Both the position numbers and the translations under genes were made by a program. From a virus, in IMG/VR virus record IMGVR_UViG_3300015371_000002, positions 60,251 through 124,250 of that record: 64,000 nt of DNA. The stretch is one strand, 5' to 3'. The first letter of the stretch is position 1, and every line of letters starts with the position of its first letter. Under the pieces are notes generated by a model. That model was not told the origin of the DNA, did no database searches, and worked only from the letters and a program-made list of their open reading frames with translations. Below are positions 20,702 through 30,978 of this stretch, piece after piece.

Positions 20702-20726
20702 CAGATACCCTGCGGTATACTATATT
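20698..20726 (+). promoter_or_regulatory. near-consensus sigma70 promoter with ATACC-N4-GGTAT operator
   Basis: TTGACA-gataccctgcggtatac-TATATT. Confidence 0.75.
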
Positions 20727-20763
20727 GCAGGCAACAACAATTCAGCAAATCCAGAGGCAACCA

Positions 20764-21330
20764 ATGACCGAATATAGCAATCCACGCTTACGCGCCGTGA
20801 TCGACAATTGGCCCATCGGCAGCAAGCGTTGCACCGCAACGTTTATGATCGAGCGCAACGGCAAGGGAGAGCGCGGAGTTCGCACAACGGTTGGTGCACC
20901 CAAGAAGCTGACCTATGCCCGCAAGGCGCGCATTGTCGACGGTGACGATGGGCGAACGTATATCGCCGAGCTGTCGGCATACGGTTTCGTCTCAATTATG
21001 CGCGGCGACATGAAGTTTCAGCATGAAGCGGTGTTCGATACCGACCCGCGGTTTCGGGCGATCATGTCGCTATTCTCGGAGGGCCGACAGATGACCTGCT
21101 TTCCCGTTCGTGAGCCATCACTCGCAGCGTTAACCGACGCGCCAGTGTCTTTCCGCTACGGATCGAACAAGCGGCGCATCCTAGTCGATGCGTTGACGGC
21201 TCGGGCCATCCTGGCCGTTGTCGCTGCTATCAGCGATGAGAACCGCGAGAAGCTAGAGCGTATGATTAAGTCACCATCCGGACTTGCGAAAGTTGCCGAC
21301 TTTGCCATGAGCAAGTGTTCGATAGCTTGA
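20764..21330 (+). CDS. hypothetical protein
   Basis: MTEYSNPRL with GAGG RBS, downstream of the promoter. Confidence 0.65.
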   Translation: MTEYSNPRLRAVIDNWPIGSKRCTATFMIERNGKGERGVRTTVGAPKKLTYARKARIVDGDDGRTYIAELSAYGFVSIMRGDMKFQHEAVFDTDPRFRAIMSLFSEGRQMTCFPVREPSLAALTDAPVSFRYGSNKRRILVDALTARAILAVVAAISDENREKLERMIKSPSGLAKVADFAMSKCSIA

Positions 21331-21362
21331 CTCTCGCATGTCCAATCGAAGGGGATCATTCA

Positions 21363-21608
21363 ATGGAACACGTCACGCGATATGTCGGCACCTATGTGAA
21401 CAGCAACGGCGAGCGAACCTTAATGTCGGCAGCACAAGGACGCCATACCTACGCTTCGGCTGAAGAAGCGCAGGCCTGGATCGACGCTGTTACCACGAAC
21501 AACAGCGCCGATACGCTGAGGCAGGTCTGGGGCGATAACCCGCAATTCGAGGTTCGCCCCTGCCCCTGCTACCCGGGGCACTTTGACCCGCAAACTGTAT
21601 GGTTCTGA
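21363..21608 (+). CDS. hypothetical protein
   Basis: MEHVTRYVG after motif copy 21342; C-terminal CPCYPGHFDP. Confidence 0.6.
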   Translation: MEHVTRYVGTYVNSNGERTLMSAAQGRHTYASAEEAQAWIDAVTTNNSADTLRQVWGDNPQFEVRPCPCYPGHFDPQTVWF

Positions 21609-21673
21609 CGGCGCGGGCGCCCCATTCATAGCGGGGCGCCTCTCCAATCGAAGGAGCGAAATAGGAGGAAATC

Positions 21674-22136
21674 ATAGGCTTAGATATGTATTTGGAAAAG
21701 CGCCCATTACGTGAAGAACTGGGACAACATGGGACCGGAAGAGCGGCATCAGGTAACGGTGCTAAAAGGTGGCAAGCCGACGACCATTAAGCCGGAACGC
21801 GTCAGTTACGTGATCGAGCAGGTTGCATACTGGCGTAAGGCAAACGCTATTCATCAGTGGTTCGTCGAACACGTGCAGAATGGCGAAGATGACTGCAAGC
21901 CATATGTATGCGACTCTGACAAGCTGAAGGAACTATTGAGCGCAGTGGATGCGGTGCTGAAATGCCGCAAGAAGGCCAAGGAACTATTACCCACACAGGA
22001 AGGGTTTTTCTTCGGCAGCATCGAGTATGACGAATACTATCGGCAATACCTGAAGGACACCAAGCGGATGCTTGAGGAGATCCTTGCCGAACCCGATGCA
22101 GACATCAGTGAGTATGTTTATCAGTCTAGTTGGTAA
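21674..22136 (+). pseudogene. phage protein of the MGLDMYL...YWRKANAIH...YQSSW type with damaged 5' end
   Basis: AGGAGG then ATA-GGC-TTA-GAT-ATG-TAT-TTG (GLDMYL) in one frame; one extra base near 21704 shifts into the frame of ORF 21711..22136. Confidence 0.6.
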
Positions 22137-22162
22137 CGCCGCTCCAATCGAAGGAGGCCAAA

Positions 22163-22351
22163 ATGATCGTCCGTAGTCCAGACCCGCGTTTGGTTCGTAA
22201 GGCGCACAAGGCGCTGATGTGGTCGCGCGATTATCAGAGCGGCGAGGCCACGCGACCAGATCCGCTGGCATTCACGCCGGAGATGGAGCGCGCCACGCAG
22301 CAGTGGATTGCGCACATGCTGCGTCTTGGCATTGGGAAGGAAACGCGATGA
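22163..22351 (+). CDS. hypothetical protein
   Basis: MIVRSPDP after motif copy 22144. Confidence 0.5.
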   Translation: MIVRSPDPRLVRKAHKALMWSRDYQSGEATRPDPLAFTPEMERATQQWIAHMLRLGIGKETR

Positions 22352-22788
22352 AAACCGATGACGATGATGCGGCCATGCCAAAGAGCATGTTCGCCTTGCC
22401 CACGCACTTGCGGGACCTGCTGGACCGTTACGCGAAGGAGCGCGGGATCAAGAAGCCCGAAGCTGTGCGCCATATCCTGGCACTGTTCTTCGCCAGCCAA
22501 GAGGACGGACACCTGTCCAGCCAGGACGCGTTGGCGCGCATGGCGGAGGTGGCCGGGCAACAGGCTGGCAACCGCAACGCCCGCGAGCATGGCCGTGAGG
22601 CATGGTCAGGCGAGGATTTCCGCATAGCCGGCGAGGCAGCGGGGCGGATGGCGGCACGGTTGGCAGAAATCTGGGCCCCACTCCAATCGAAGGGGGCCGA
22701 ACCAGATGCTCTTACCTCGACCGATGTTGCCGTGGAGATTAGTGACGGTTTGGCTACCCCGAGGGTGGCCCGGCGGAAACGCGCGTGA
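22348..22788 (+). CDS. RHH/CopG-like DNA-binding protein
   Basis: SMFALPTHLRDLLDRYAKERGIKKPEAVRHIL; ATGA overlap with the previous gene. Confidence 0.55.
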   Translation: MKTDDDDAAMPKSMFALPTHLRDLLDRYAKERGIKKPEAVRHILALFFASQEDGHLSSQDALARMAEVAGQQAGNRNAREHGREAWSGEDFRIAGEAAGRMAARLAEIWAPLQSKGAEPDALTSTDVAVEISDGLATPRVARRKRA

Positions 22789-22816
22789 TCGCAACCCCAC
22801 TCCAATCGAAGGGGGC

Positions 22817-23404
22817 ATGGAGGAAAGCATGACTACCGAGCGGCGGGCGCAGCAGCACGAGCAAGTCCTAAGGCATTGCCTGCGAGCGCTAGCTGGCGAT
22901 TTGCTGCGTGCCATTGCGGGCGGTAGCGCCAGTAAGATTGTCGAACGCATTGGCGAGGCCAATGAGGCGATAGAGAATTGGTTTGATGGACGGCAGTGCA
23001 TGCCATTCGGCCAACGCACGGTCGAAGCTATGCTTTGGTTAGAGGAAGATCGCGACGGCTATGATGATCACAGAAAAGTCGAGCACGACATGATCATTGC
23101 CGCACTGCGAACGGTATCGGCTCGCATGCTACCTATGCCGCATATTCGTAATGATTGGTTTAAGTATGAAGACATCAACGCTCTAGCTGAGCTGCGCAAG
23201 AAGCGGCGAGAGCAGATGGAAAGAAAGTGGGCAAAATGGCGGGCGCGCTCGCCAGAGCACAAACAACCGGCAAATGATGTCTTACCGAAAGCCAACAAGG
23301 CGAAAGTCAACAAGACTGAACGACGGATCGCAATCCGAAAGCAAGCGCGGCAGGCTCAGAGAAGTCGTATGGGCATCGCCGCCACTCCAATCGAAGGAGA
23401 CTAA
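22817..23404 (+). CDS. hypothetical protein
   Basis: Starts after motif copy 22802; ends TPIEGD (motif copy 23387). Confidence 0.6.
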   Translation: MEESMTTERRAQQHEQVLRHCLRALAGDLLRAIAGGSASKIVERIGEANEAIENWFDGRQCMPFGQRTVEAMLWLEEDRDGYDDHRKVEHDMIIAALRTVSARMLPMPHIRNDWFKYEDINALAELRKKRREQMERKWAKWRARSPEHKQPANDVLPKANKAKVNKTERRIAIRKQARQAQRSRMGIAATPIEGD

Positions 23405-23536
23405 ATTTGGCATGTCCTGACATGGGCTGGCCGGCTGTCATTGGCGGGCTGGGGGCTCTCTGGGCAGTCGTGGCCCTGATGCTGGGGCTGGCCTGGTTGT
23501 TGCACGAATGACCCACTCCAATCGAAGGTGACTGAA

Positions 23537-24085
23537 ATGCGCCTCGTGCACTACGCGTCGGAGCCGTTTGGCGAGTTGGAGGAATTCGGTGAACCACCCG
23601 AGAAAGACTGGCGCACCTATTTCTACAAACCGCATGGTTTGTGGGTATCCGACGAAGATGCCGAGGGTGGCTGGCGTGAGTGGTGCATCGACAACCGGTT
23701 CAATCTGGAGTGCCTCACCCACGTGCATGATGTGGTATTGGCGCCCGATGCCAAGGTGTTGGTCATCAGCAACCCTCGTCGGCTCGACCAGTTCACCGCC
23801 GATTTTCGCCTACCGTCCTATTACGACAAGAAGCTTGCGGACGATATGCGGAGCTTCGTTGCAAGTTACGGCCTCGGATGGCGCGAGGTGGCGAAGATCT
23901 ACGACGGCCTGATTATTACGCCATACCTCTGGGAGCGGCGGCTCGATCCGACGTGCATGTGGTATTACGGATGGGATTGCGCCGGCGGTTGCTTATGGCA
24001 CACGCGCGCTATCCAGTCGGTCACGCTGCGTGAGGTCGTGCCAATCCCTGAGACCACTCCAATCGAAGGGGAGTCAAATGGTTGA
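23537..24085 (+). CDS. conserved hypothetical phage protein
   Basis: KPHGLWVS...WREWC...YDGLII...WYYGWDCAGGCLW. Confidence 0.7.
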   Translation: MRLVHYASEPFGELEEFGEPPEKDWRTYFYKPHGLWVSDEDAEGGWREWCIDNRFNLECLTHVHDVVLAPDAKVLVISNPRRLDQFTADFRLPSYYDKKLADDMRSFVASYGLGWREVAKIYDGLIITPYLWERRLDPTCMWYYGWDCAGGCLWHTRAIQSVTLREVVPIPETTPIEGESNG

Positions 24086-24281
24086 GCCTGACAGCATCGA
24101 GGTGGACGGCGTCTACCGCACCATGGAGGCGTTCTGGACGGTGACCGAGATCGTCGATGGTAAGGTGGACCTGCGCCGTGATGACGGAAAGCTGGCGCGG
24201 TTTGGCTTGGCGCACTTCGCACAGATCGTGGAACGTAGGGTTACTCCAATCGAAGGGGGCCAAAACAATGGACCACGGTGA
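24078..24281 (+). CDS. hypothetical protein
   Basis: MVEPDSIEVDG after motif copy 24059. Confidence 0.55.
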   Translation: MVEPDSIEVDGVYRTMEAFWTVTEIVDGKVDLRRDDGKLARFGLAHFAQIVERRVTPIEGGQNNGPR

Positions 24282-24534
24282 TGGCAATATGCAGCGCTGG
24301 AAGCGTGGCGCGACGAGAGAAGAATTACGCATGTCTCTCGTGGGTTTAATGGAGAGCATTAACCATGATGCCAAGGAGGGCATCGAAATCTGCGTTCGGC
24401 TAAGCACCAAGGAAGGCTGCGAAGGTCCGGGCACCCTAGGCACCGACTATTTCATCAAGATTATGCAGGCGGTTACGTGGATTGATGATCTCGTGGGGGA
24501 TTTGGAGCTTGCCGAAGAAAGGCTGATCCCATGA
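24268..24534 (+). CDS. hypothetical protein
   Basis: MDHGDGNM after motif copy 24246. Confidence 0.5.
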   Translation: MDHGDGNMQRWKRGATREELRMSLVGLMESINHDAKEGIEICVRLSTKEGCEGPGTLGTDYFIKIMQAVTWIDDLVGDLELAEERLIP

Positions 24535-24743
24535 GCCCGGCGGTTCTGGTGCTGCTCTTCACGTTCGCCAGCGGCGCGGGTGCCGTAGCGACGGTCGACA
24601 TGCCGTCTATGCAGATATGCAAGGCTGCTGCGAACGAAGCCATTGTCGCGCATGAACGCGATACGTCAGCGCGGTGCATATCACGCGTCGCAAAATAATC
24701 TACTTGCGTTCCTCGAGGGGTGTCCAATCGAAGGGGGCCAAAA

Positions 24744-25055
24744 ATGGCGGGACTAACCAGCTATGCACGGGACAAGCTGCTGGCAGAATTGCAATCGGGC
24801 ACGATGACATCCGGCGCTGTCTCGATCGACGTCGGTCATTTGCCCGCAGGTTACGTCAGGTTCGATAGCTGGCCCAAGGCGCCCGCGCCCGTCCATGGCT
24901 TGCTGACCGATCCGGAGACCGGCCAGTCGTGGCGGATCAGCTTGAATCAGGTTACCAAGCAGTGGGAAATTGTGGACGATCCCAGTCCAAGGATCAGCAA
25001 GGCAGCCCTGGAGGCGAAGATCGCCGATGCAGCATTGCGAGCGGCCAAGGAATGA
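24744..25055 (+). CDS. hypothetical protein
   Basis: MAGLTSYARD after motif copy 24724. Confidence 0.6.
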   Translation: MAGLTSYARDKLLAELQSGTMTSGAVSIDVGHLPAGYVRFDSWPKAPAPVHGLLTDPETGQSWRISLNQVTKQWEIVDDPSPRISKAALEAKIADAALRAAKE

Positions 25056-25327
25056 CGTGGGGGCCGTATCATAGGGTCTGGCATAGACCGATAAAACGCA
25101 AGCGGCGGTGGAGGTGCCTGCACTGCCAGCTTCTGCACCGACGCAACAACCTCGACCGGGTGCCGATTTACGCCATTGACCGGTTTCTTGGCCGAGTAGT
25201 GCGAGAACACGACAAGCTATGGAGCGCGCTGAAGGTCGGATGGTGCCCATGCAAGGCTACGGTCGAAATGCTGCCGTCGAATACCCCGCATCTGCGACGT
25301 ATCAAGCGAGAGCGGTTACGACCGTAG
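25052..25327 (+). CDS. hypothetical protein (last gene of the island)
   Basis: ATGA overlap; CLHC motif. Confidence 0.5.
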   Translation: MTWGPYHRVWHRPIKRKRRWRCLHCQLLHRRNNLDRVPIYAIDRFLGRVVREHDKLWSALKVGWCPCKATVEMLPSNTPHLRRIKRERLRP

Positions 25328-26014
25328 GGCAAAAGAAATGGCGGGGACCTAAAGCCACCCGCCCAGTTTTGCAAACCCAAAAGCAACAGACACAATGGAA
25401 GGTTTGTTGCTCAGATGCCGATATAGCCGAAAGTGGCGGGCATTACAATAGCTTCGGTGGTCGCGCGGGATCGTGGCCATTCCATTCTGGCACATCAACA
25501 GCTTCTCCAGGCGGCTGGATCGCCATAATGACGATAATCAGGACCACGGCGAGCGCCAGAACTGCGATCAGTGTCCAAATGATAAAGCGGAAGAACCTTA
25601 CGGGCTGGCGGGGCAACGCATGTCAGCGCAGGGACGTGATCCTGCCAACGGCTGCATCACTCCCAGGTTTTACCCGCTCGGCCCGTTCGACCGTGCCACC
25701 CAGAACACGCCGCTGGTTCTTCGTCGTGCGGCCCTGGACGAGATCTTCACAGACCTGATCCACCCGCCGCTGCACCGCCTTTTCCGACACATCGACAGAG
25801 TCCGGCTTCGGCTCATCGGCCTTGGTGAGGTAGGTGTCGGTGTAATATTCGATGATGTATTCGGTAGGCCCAACGTATTGCGGATTTGGCATGGGCGGCT
25901 CCTGGTGGCGGCTGAACCGACAATTTGGCGCGCCGGAATTACGCCCCCGACGCAAGGCGATCAGCACGAGGGCCCAGCTTCCCGGAAGGACCGCGCGCCG
26001 ACATTCTATTGGAA

Positions 26015-26269
26015 TTACGCCGGATCGGGGTCGGGCTCCGGCTCATCGTTGGTGTCCTCGGTAATTCGCCCGTCTTTGCCGTCCAGCATGACACGGGCGG
26101 TAGCGCCCGCCGCGTTGGTCGCTGAGCAGGCCCAATTACGCCCGCGGTGCTTCAGATCGGTGACGTTGGTATAACCTGCATCGGCCAGTGCCTGCTCGGC
26201 TCCGGCATCGTCCTGCACGGCGTCGTGAGAGTGGCCGTGCGGGTGCGCTGGATGTGGAGGTGCAGCCAT
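26015..26269 (-). CDS. PepSY-like domain protein
   Basis: ALADAGYTNVTDLKHRGRNWACSATNAAG...VMLDGKDGRI; paralog of 30655..30903. Confidence 0.7.
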   Translation of the reverse strand: MAAPPHPAHPHGHSHDAVQDDAGAEQALADAGYTNVTDLKHRGRNWACSATNAAGATARVMLDGKDGRITEDTNDEPEPDPDPA

Positions 26270-26771
26270 TTGGGTTATCTCCTGTTTTAGAAATTACAGC
26301 GGGTCACGGCCAGGCACCGACCAGCAGCCACCACAGGACCAAGGCCGGTGTGGCATACCAGAGGGCCGCCGCGAACACTGCGAGCAACAGAATAAATAGG
26401 GTCAGCTCACCGCAAGCCTTCGTCCTGATAGCCGCTATCCCATGCGCGCGCCTGTTCGGTGTCCCTGAAATAGGGGTTGTTCGAATCTTTTGCCTGTCGG
26501 CGCACCAGCATGCCTTGGACATAGGCGCGACCGATGCTCTGATTATGTGTCTCTTGGGCAGCGCTGTTCTCTGGCACCAACACCGGGACAGGCTTTGCCG
26601 ACGGCTTGTGGCCCCTAAGCCAGCGTCGCAACTGCTGATGCCATTTGGTCTCGGTCATCAGCCGAGCACCACGACTTGGTCGTGATAAACCCAGAAAGCG
26701 AGACCGAGCAGCACGACCACGGCGATGACGTAGTAGATCCTACGGGTTTTCATGGCTTGCCATGGTTTATC

Positions 26772-27542
<771 letters not shown>

Positions 27543-27545
27543 TCG

Positions 27546-27755
27546 CTATTTCATCCCTGTCAGGGCTGTTGTGCAAACGCTGAACAGCTTCATCACCGCT
27601 TCGATGCGCGTGATGGCCAAATCGTGCATGAACCATAGCATGCCGAGAATGAAGATGAGGTTTATACAGAGGAGCGCAACAAATGACGGCGGTAGTGTGC
27701 CGGTGACCTTGATGGCGACATCACGCACGTCTTCTGAGATTGTCATCATATCCAC
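27546..27755 (-). CDS. small membrane protein
   Basis: LPPSFVALLCINLIFILGMLWFM TM segment. Confidence 0.6.
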   Translation of the reverse strand: MDMMTISEDVRDVAIKVTGTLPPSFVALLCINLIFILGMLWFMHDLAITRIEAVMKLFSVCTTALTGMK

Positions 27756-28180
27756 GCTCCATTTATAGTTAATTGCCGACGTTAGATTCGTCGTCAGGGG
27801 CGCGGATGCAGGTCACGAAACCGACGATATGGTGCTCTACGAACTCCCTATTCTTGCGCAATGCCATGATCTGACACGACACATGATCGAACAGAGTGCT
27901 AGGACTGTAGACAATGACGTGGGGCGGGACATCGGCCGACAGGATTGCTGCGGTGATAACCCACGCGCCCCAAATCGAGGTCAATCCTCGACCGCTTCCC
28001 AGAGATCGCACACATCATCTGCCCTGGGCATTTCGTAGGGTGAGCCCATGCATAGACAGGCGCCGGGTGTGTCGGTCGCGAGGGTCTTTGCTTTCGTATA
28101 CCAATAATTGCAGAGATAGCAGGCGCGGCGTGGTTCTACGCTATCGACAACCTGCGGCGTGCTCTCTTGGGGAGCTGGTA

Positions 28181-28960
28181 TCATGTGGTCGTGGCCTCCA
28201 TTAAACGAATGGTCCAGAAGGACGACGAAAGGTTACCAGTTATATAACTATATGGCATTGTGCAATAGCCATTTGCGCCCCAGTTAGCGCCCCAGCTATT
28301 TCTCACGATAAATCGCTGGGTGTGGTCATCATGACCAACGACGGCCATGCAATGCCCGCCCAGGTTTTCTTCACCGCGAGCTGGCAGCGGAACAACGCCG
28401 GTGTTGGCGACAGCGTCACTCTCGAAGCTCTCGAACACAGAACATCCGAAGACGACCGGGAAACCCTCGGTCAGGCAGGCCTTTATCTGCGTCGTTGATT
28501 TGGTGACGCTCCAATATTGCACCGACTGGCGTAACAGCGCATCGGTGTAGGCATTGGTCGGTGGCTTTACCGCGAACCGCGTAATGACGTAGGGCCATTC
28601 ATGCTCATGTGGCGCGCCGAATTTGGCAATCACCTTAATTCCATCGCGTATGGTGCACCCAGCGTCGATGCTGGTCGTGTGCTCCATGACGCGAGCGTTG
28701 TAATAGATAAACAAACGTGACGGGATGACGTCCGGCAGGTTCTGCCGCTTCCAGTCGAAATGCACGGCATAGGCGACGCCCTGGCCAACACATGACCCCA
28801 ACTGGCCCTGGTCCCAGATCGGCGGGCTTTGTGGCCGTAGGTCGGTCGCGGCCGGTAGGCCCACGCGCATAACCGCATACGGCGCGGCGTAGAGAAAGTC
28901 ATGGTCTGGCCGATCAGGATTCCACCCCATCCCGCCGTGTTTCAGATATTTCCGCCGCAT
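28181..28960 (-). CDS. papain-family (C1) cysteine peptidase
   Basis: DQGQLGSCVG (Gln oxyanion, catalytic Cys), GGHCMAVVG (His), VRNSWG (Asn). Confidence 0.9.
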   Translation of the reverse strand: MRRKYLKHGGMGWNPDRPDHDFLYAAPYAVMRVGLPAATDLRPQSPPIWDQGQLGSCVGQGVAYAVHFDWKRQNLPDVIPSRLFIYYNARVMEHTTSIDAGCTIRDGIKVIAKFGAPHEHEWPYVITRFAVKPPTNAYTDALLRQSVQYWSVTKSTTQIKACLTEGFPVVFGCSVFESFESDAVANTGVVPLPARGEENLGGHCMAVVGHDDHTQRFIVRNSWGANWGANGYCTMPYSYITGNLSSSFWTIRLMEATTT

Positions 28961-28971
28961 GCTGCCTCCGG

Positions 28972-30276
28972 TCAGTTGAACCAACCGTCAGCCGCCGCGA
29001 CAGCAACGGTGTCGTTGTAATAAAGCTTGGTCCGCGTCAGATGATCGCCGGTGCAGCGCAGCCTGTAGGGGTTGGTGTCCTCAGTGCGCGGCGGATACAG
29101 CCCGCCGGCATTGTAGGCGGCCGCGGCCAGGATCGGGTCGTAGAGCGTCTTGGGCCGCTGGCTAGCGAGATACGCGGTGCCCGCGGCGATGGAGACTTCC
29201 GGTTGATTGAGTTCTTGTGCGGTGACCGGACGCCCAAGCATTTCTGTTGCAGTGCCGAGAAGAACTTGCATCAGCCCGACCGACTGGCGCCCGTCCGGCT
29301 CAGAAAGCAGCGCCTTGGCAATGCCGCGCGACTCAACCGCGATGGTGGTGACGATCAGCTCGAGTGGCACGCCACTGGATAATGAGGCGGCTTTGATCTG
29401 CGTGCCAAAGTCCTTCCAGATCCTCCGAACCGTGACCGGCTCGCCAACGGTGCGGGCGGCTGATATTTCACCCTCATCCAATATACCGGTCGGCGTCACT
29501 TGCCAGCGCAATCCGCCGAACGGCCCCTGTTTCCAGGCAACCGTATCCGTGACCACCGTTGGCAGGACGGCAATGGGGGGCGGTGGTGTGGGTGTGGCGA
29601 TCTGCTTGACGATGGACGCCTGAACCGCGGCCGCATCACCAAGCTGCTGGCCCTGATGCGACAGCACCTGCGAGATGCTGTCGTCCTTGCCCTGCGAACG
29701 CGCATTGTCGCCGTAGTAGAACGAGATGATTTGCGAGGCATATCCGGCGATATTGCCCAGAATGGTGCCAATTATCGTATACCAGGCGGCCGCGAGGGCC
29801 GAATTCGTCGGGTTTGGCGATATGACGCCCGCAATCATCAAGATCGCGCCGATTACCACCAATAGCATCGAGCCGATGGCGAGGAAGACGATCGCCATAC
29901 CCCAGCGCATCATCGGCTGGGCGAGGACCGAGGCGATTTGGAAGCTGCGTGCGGAGGCCCGGTCTTTGTTGGCCAGTTCGGCGAATTTGAGGTCGTTGGC
30001 CAACTCGAACTGCTGAAGCTTGATCTCAGCGTCGCGCAGATTGGTCAGGAAGTCCGGATTGCCCGCATTTGCCTGGACGGTGGCCACCACGGCCGGGGGC
30101 GAAAGCGGAGCGTCAGGGGCAATATTCGCCGCTTGGTCTGGAGGCAGGAAAGCCCGAATGGCCGAACTAACGACGGCGGATGCGAGCAGATTGAATGGTG
30201 GTGGGACCAGTAGGCCCGCGAGCAGCGTCGGGGCGGATGATTTGAGGATGGATTCGACAATCGGTGGAAGTGCCAT
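28972..30276 (-). CDS. holin-like membrane domain fused to lytic transglycosylase (SLT) domain
   Basis: N-half: APTLLAG...DRASAR plus two TM helices ending ISFYYG; C-half: SLT motifs AVESRG, GLMQV, AAYNAG. Confidence 0.8.
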   Translation of the reverse strand: MALPPIVESILKSSAPTLLAGLLVPPPFNLLASAVVSSAIRAFLPPDQAANIAPDAPLSPPAVVATVQANAGNPDFLTNLRDAEIKLQQFELANDLKFAELANKDRASARSFQIASVLAQPMMRWGMAIVFLAIGSMLLVVIGAILMIAGVISPNPTNSALAAAWYTIIGTILGNIAGYASQIISFYYGDNARSQGKDDSISQVLSHQGQQLGDAAAVQASIVKQIATPTPPPPIAVLPTVVTDTVAWKQGPFGGLRWQVTPTGILDEGEISAARTVGEPVTVRRIWKDFGTQIKAASLSSGVPLELIVTTIAVESRGIAKALLSEPDGRQSVGLMQVLLGTATEMLGRPVTAQELNQPEVSIAAGTAYLASQRPKTLYDPILAAAAYNAGGLYPPRTEDTNPYRLRCTGDHLTRTKLYYNDTVAVAAADGWFN

Positions 30277-30443
30277 AGTGCCGCACTCCCCCATGAGGAA
30301 CAGCCAAAGTCTTGACGAATCAGGAATTCTATCGTGGCATTATCGAGCCGGCAGGCTGGACCGGTAACCCAGTAAGCAGGGAGGGTAATTAACTTTATCT
30401 CGCCAAACTTTGGGCCGCGCACTACCCCCGTAGCGGCCCCATT

Positions 30444-30650
30444 TTACCCAAAGCGCTTCTGATCGTTGAGCCACGCATCACGCAGGCTGCGGATTTCGGT
30501 TTCGTTGGTGTGTCCTGTGCAGGACAACCCGCTGTTGCCGGCCTCGATCTTCACCTTCGGATCACCATAGGCGACCAGCTCGGTGCGCCCGCGGCCGCAT
30601 TTGGTGCAAAAGCCATTGTCGAATGTATGGTCCATGATTGTTTCGGGCAT
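30444..30650 (-). CDS. hypothetical Cys-containing protein
   Basis: HTFDNGFCTKCG; operon packing. Confidence 0.5.
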   Translation of the reverse strand: MPETIMDHTFDNGFCTKCGRGRTELVAYGDPKVKIEAGNSGLSCTGHTNETEIRSLRDAWLNDQKRFG

Positions 30651-30654
30651 CGTC

Positions 30655-30903
30655 CTATGACTCCTCGGAATCCAAGGAGTTCAACTCGTCCTCGGAAACA
30701 CGGCCGCTTTTGCCCAGCACAATGACCTCGCATGAGACACCGGCAGGGTTGATCGCGGTGGCCATCCAGCCGTTACCCCGGTGAGTGAGATCAGAGACAT
30801 TGGTATAACCGGCGTTGTTTAGCGCCAGCAGCGCTTCGTCGTCGGTCTTCACGGCATCAATCGGATGGGATGGCGACGTCGGGAGGCGCATTAGCGTTTC
30901 CAT
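30655..30903 (-). CDS. PepSY-like domain protein
   Basis: ALNNAGYTNVSDLTHRGNGWMATAINPAG...GRVSED. Confidence 0.7.
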   Translation of the reverse strand: METLMRLPTSPSHPIDAVKTDDEALLALNNAGYTNVSDLTHRGNGWMATAINPAGVSCEVIVLGKSGRVSEDELNSLDSEES

Positions 30904-30905
30904 GC

Positions 30906-30978
30906 AAAAAGCCCGCGACCGCGACGCGGATAAAGGGCCACGCGCGGGGCGGGGGGTAAGTTTGGGGAGGAAACGTCG
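30906..30978 (-). ncRNA. SuhB/MmgR-like small RNA motif with terminator (second copy)
   Basis: Minus strand CGACGTTTCCTCCCCAAACTT then GC-rich hairpin and TTTTT; shares CGACGTTTCCTCC with the copy at 7748-7760. Confidence 0.5.

Larger units (their letters stand above)
19380..24737 (+). repeat. dispersed direct repeat (ACT/TGT)CCAATCGAAGG(GG/AG), 19 copies
   Basis: Core starts at 19380, 19591, 19624, 19891, 20052, 20249 (variant), 20440, 20651, 20680 (variant), 21342, 21644, 22144, 22683, 22802, 23387, 23518, 24059, 24246, 24724; all on the plus strand. Confidence 0.92.

Noticed and set aside
19380-24737. CRISPR array or integron attC cassettes
   Set aside because: The repeat core is only ~11-14 nt, spacing is irregular (29 to ~660 nt), there is no attC-like RYYYAAC/GTTRRRY dyad, and no integron integrase was seen.
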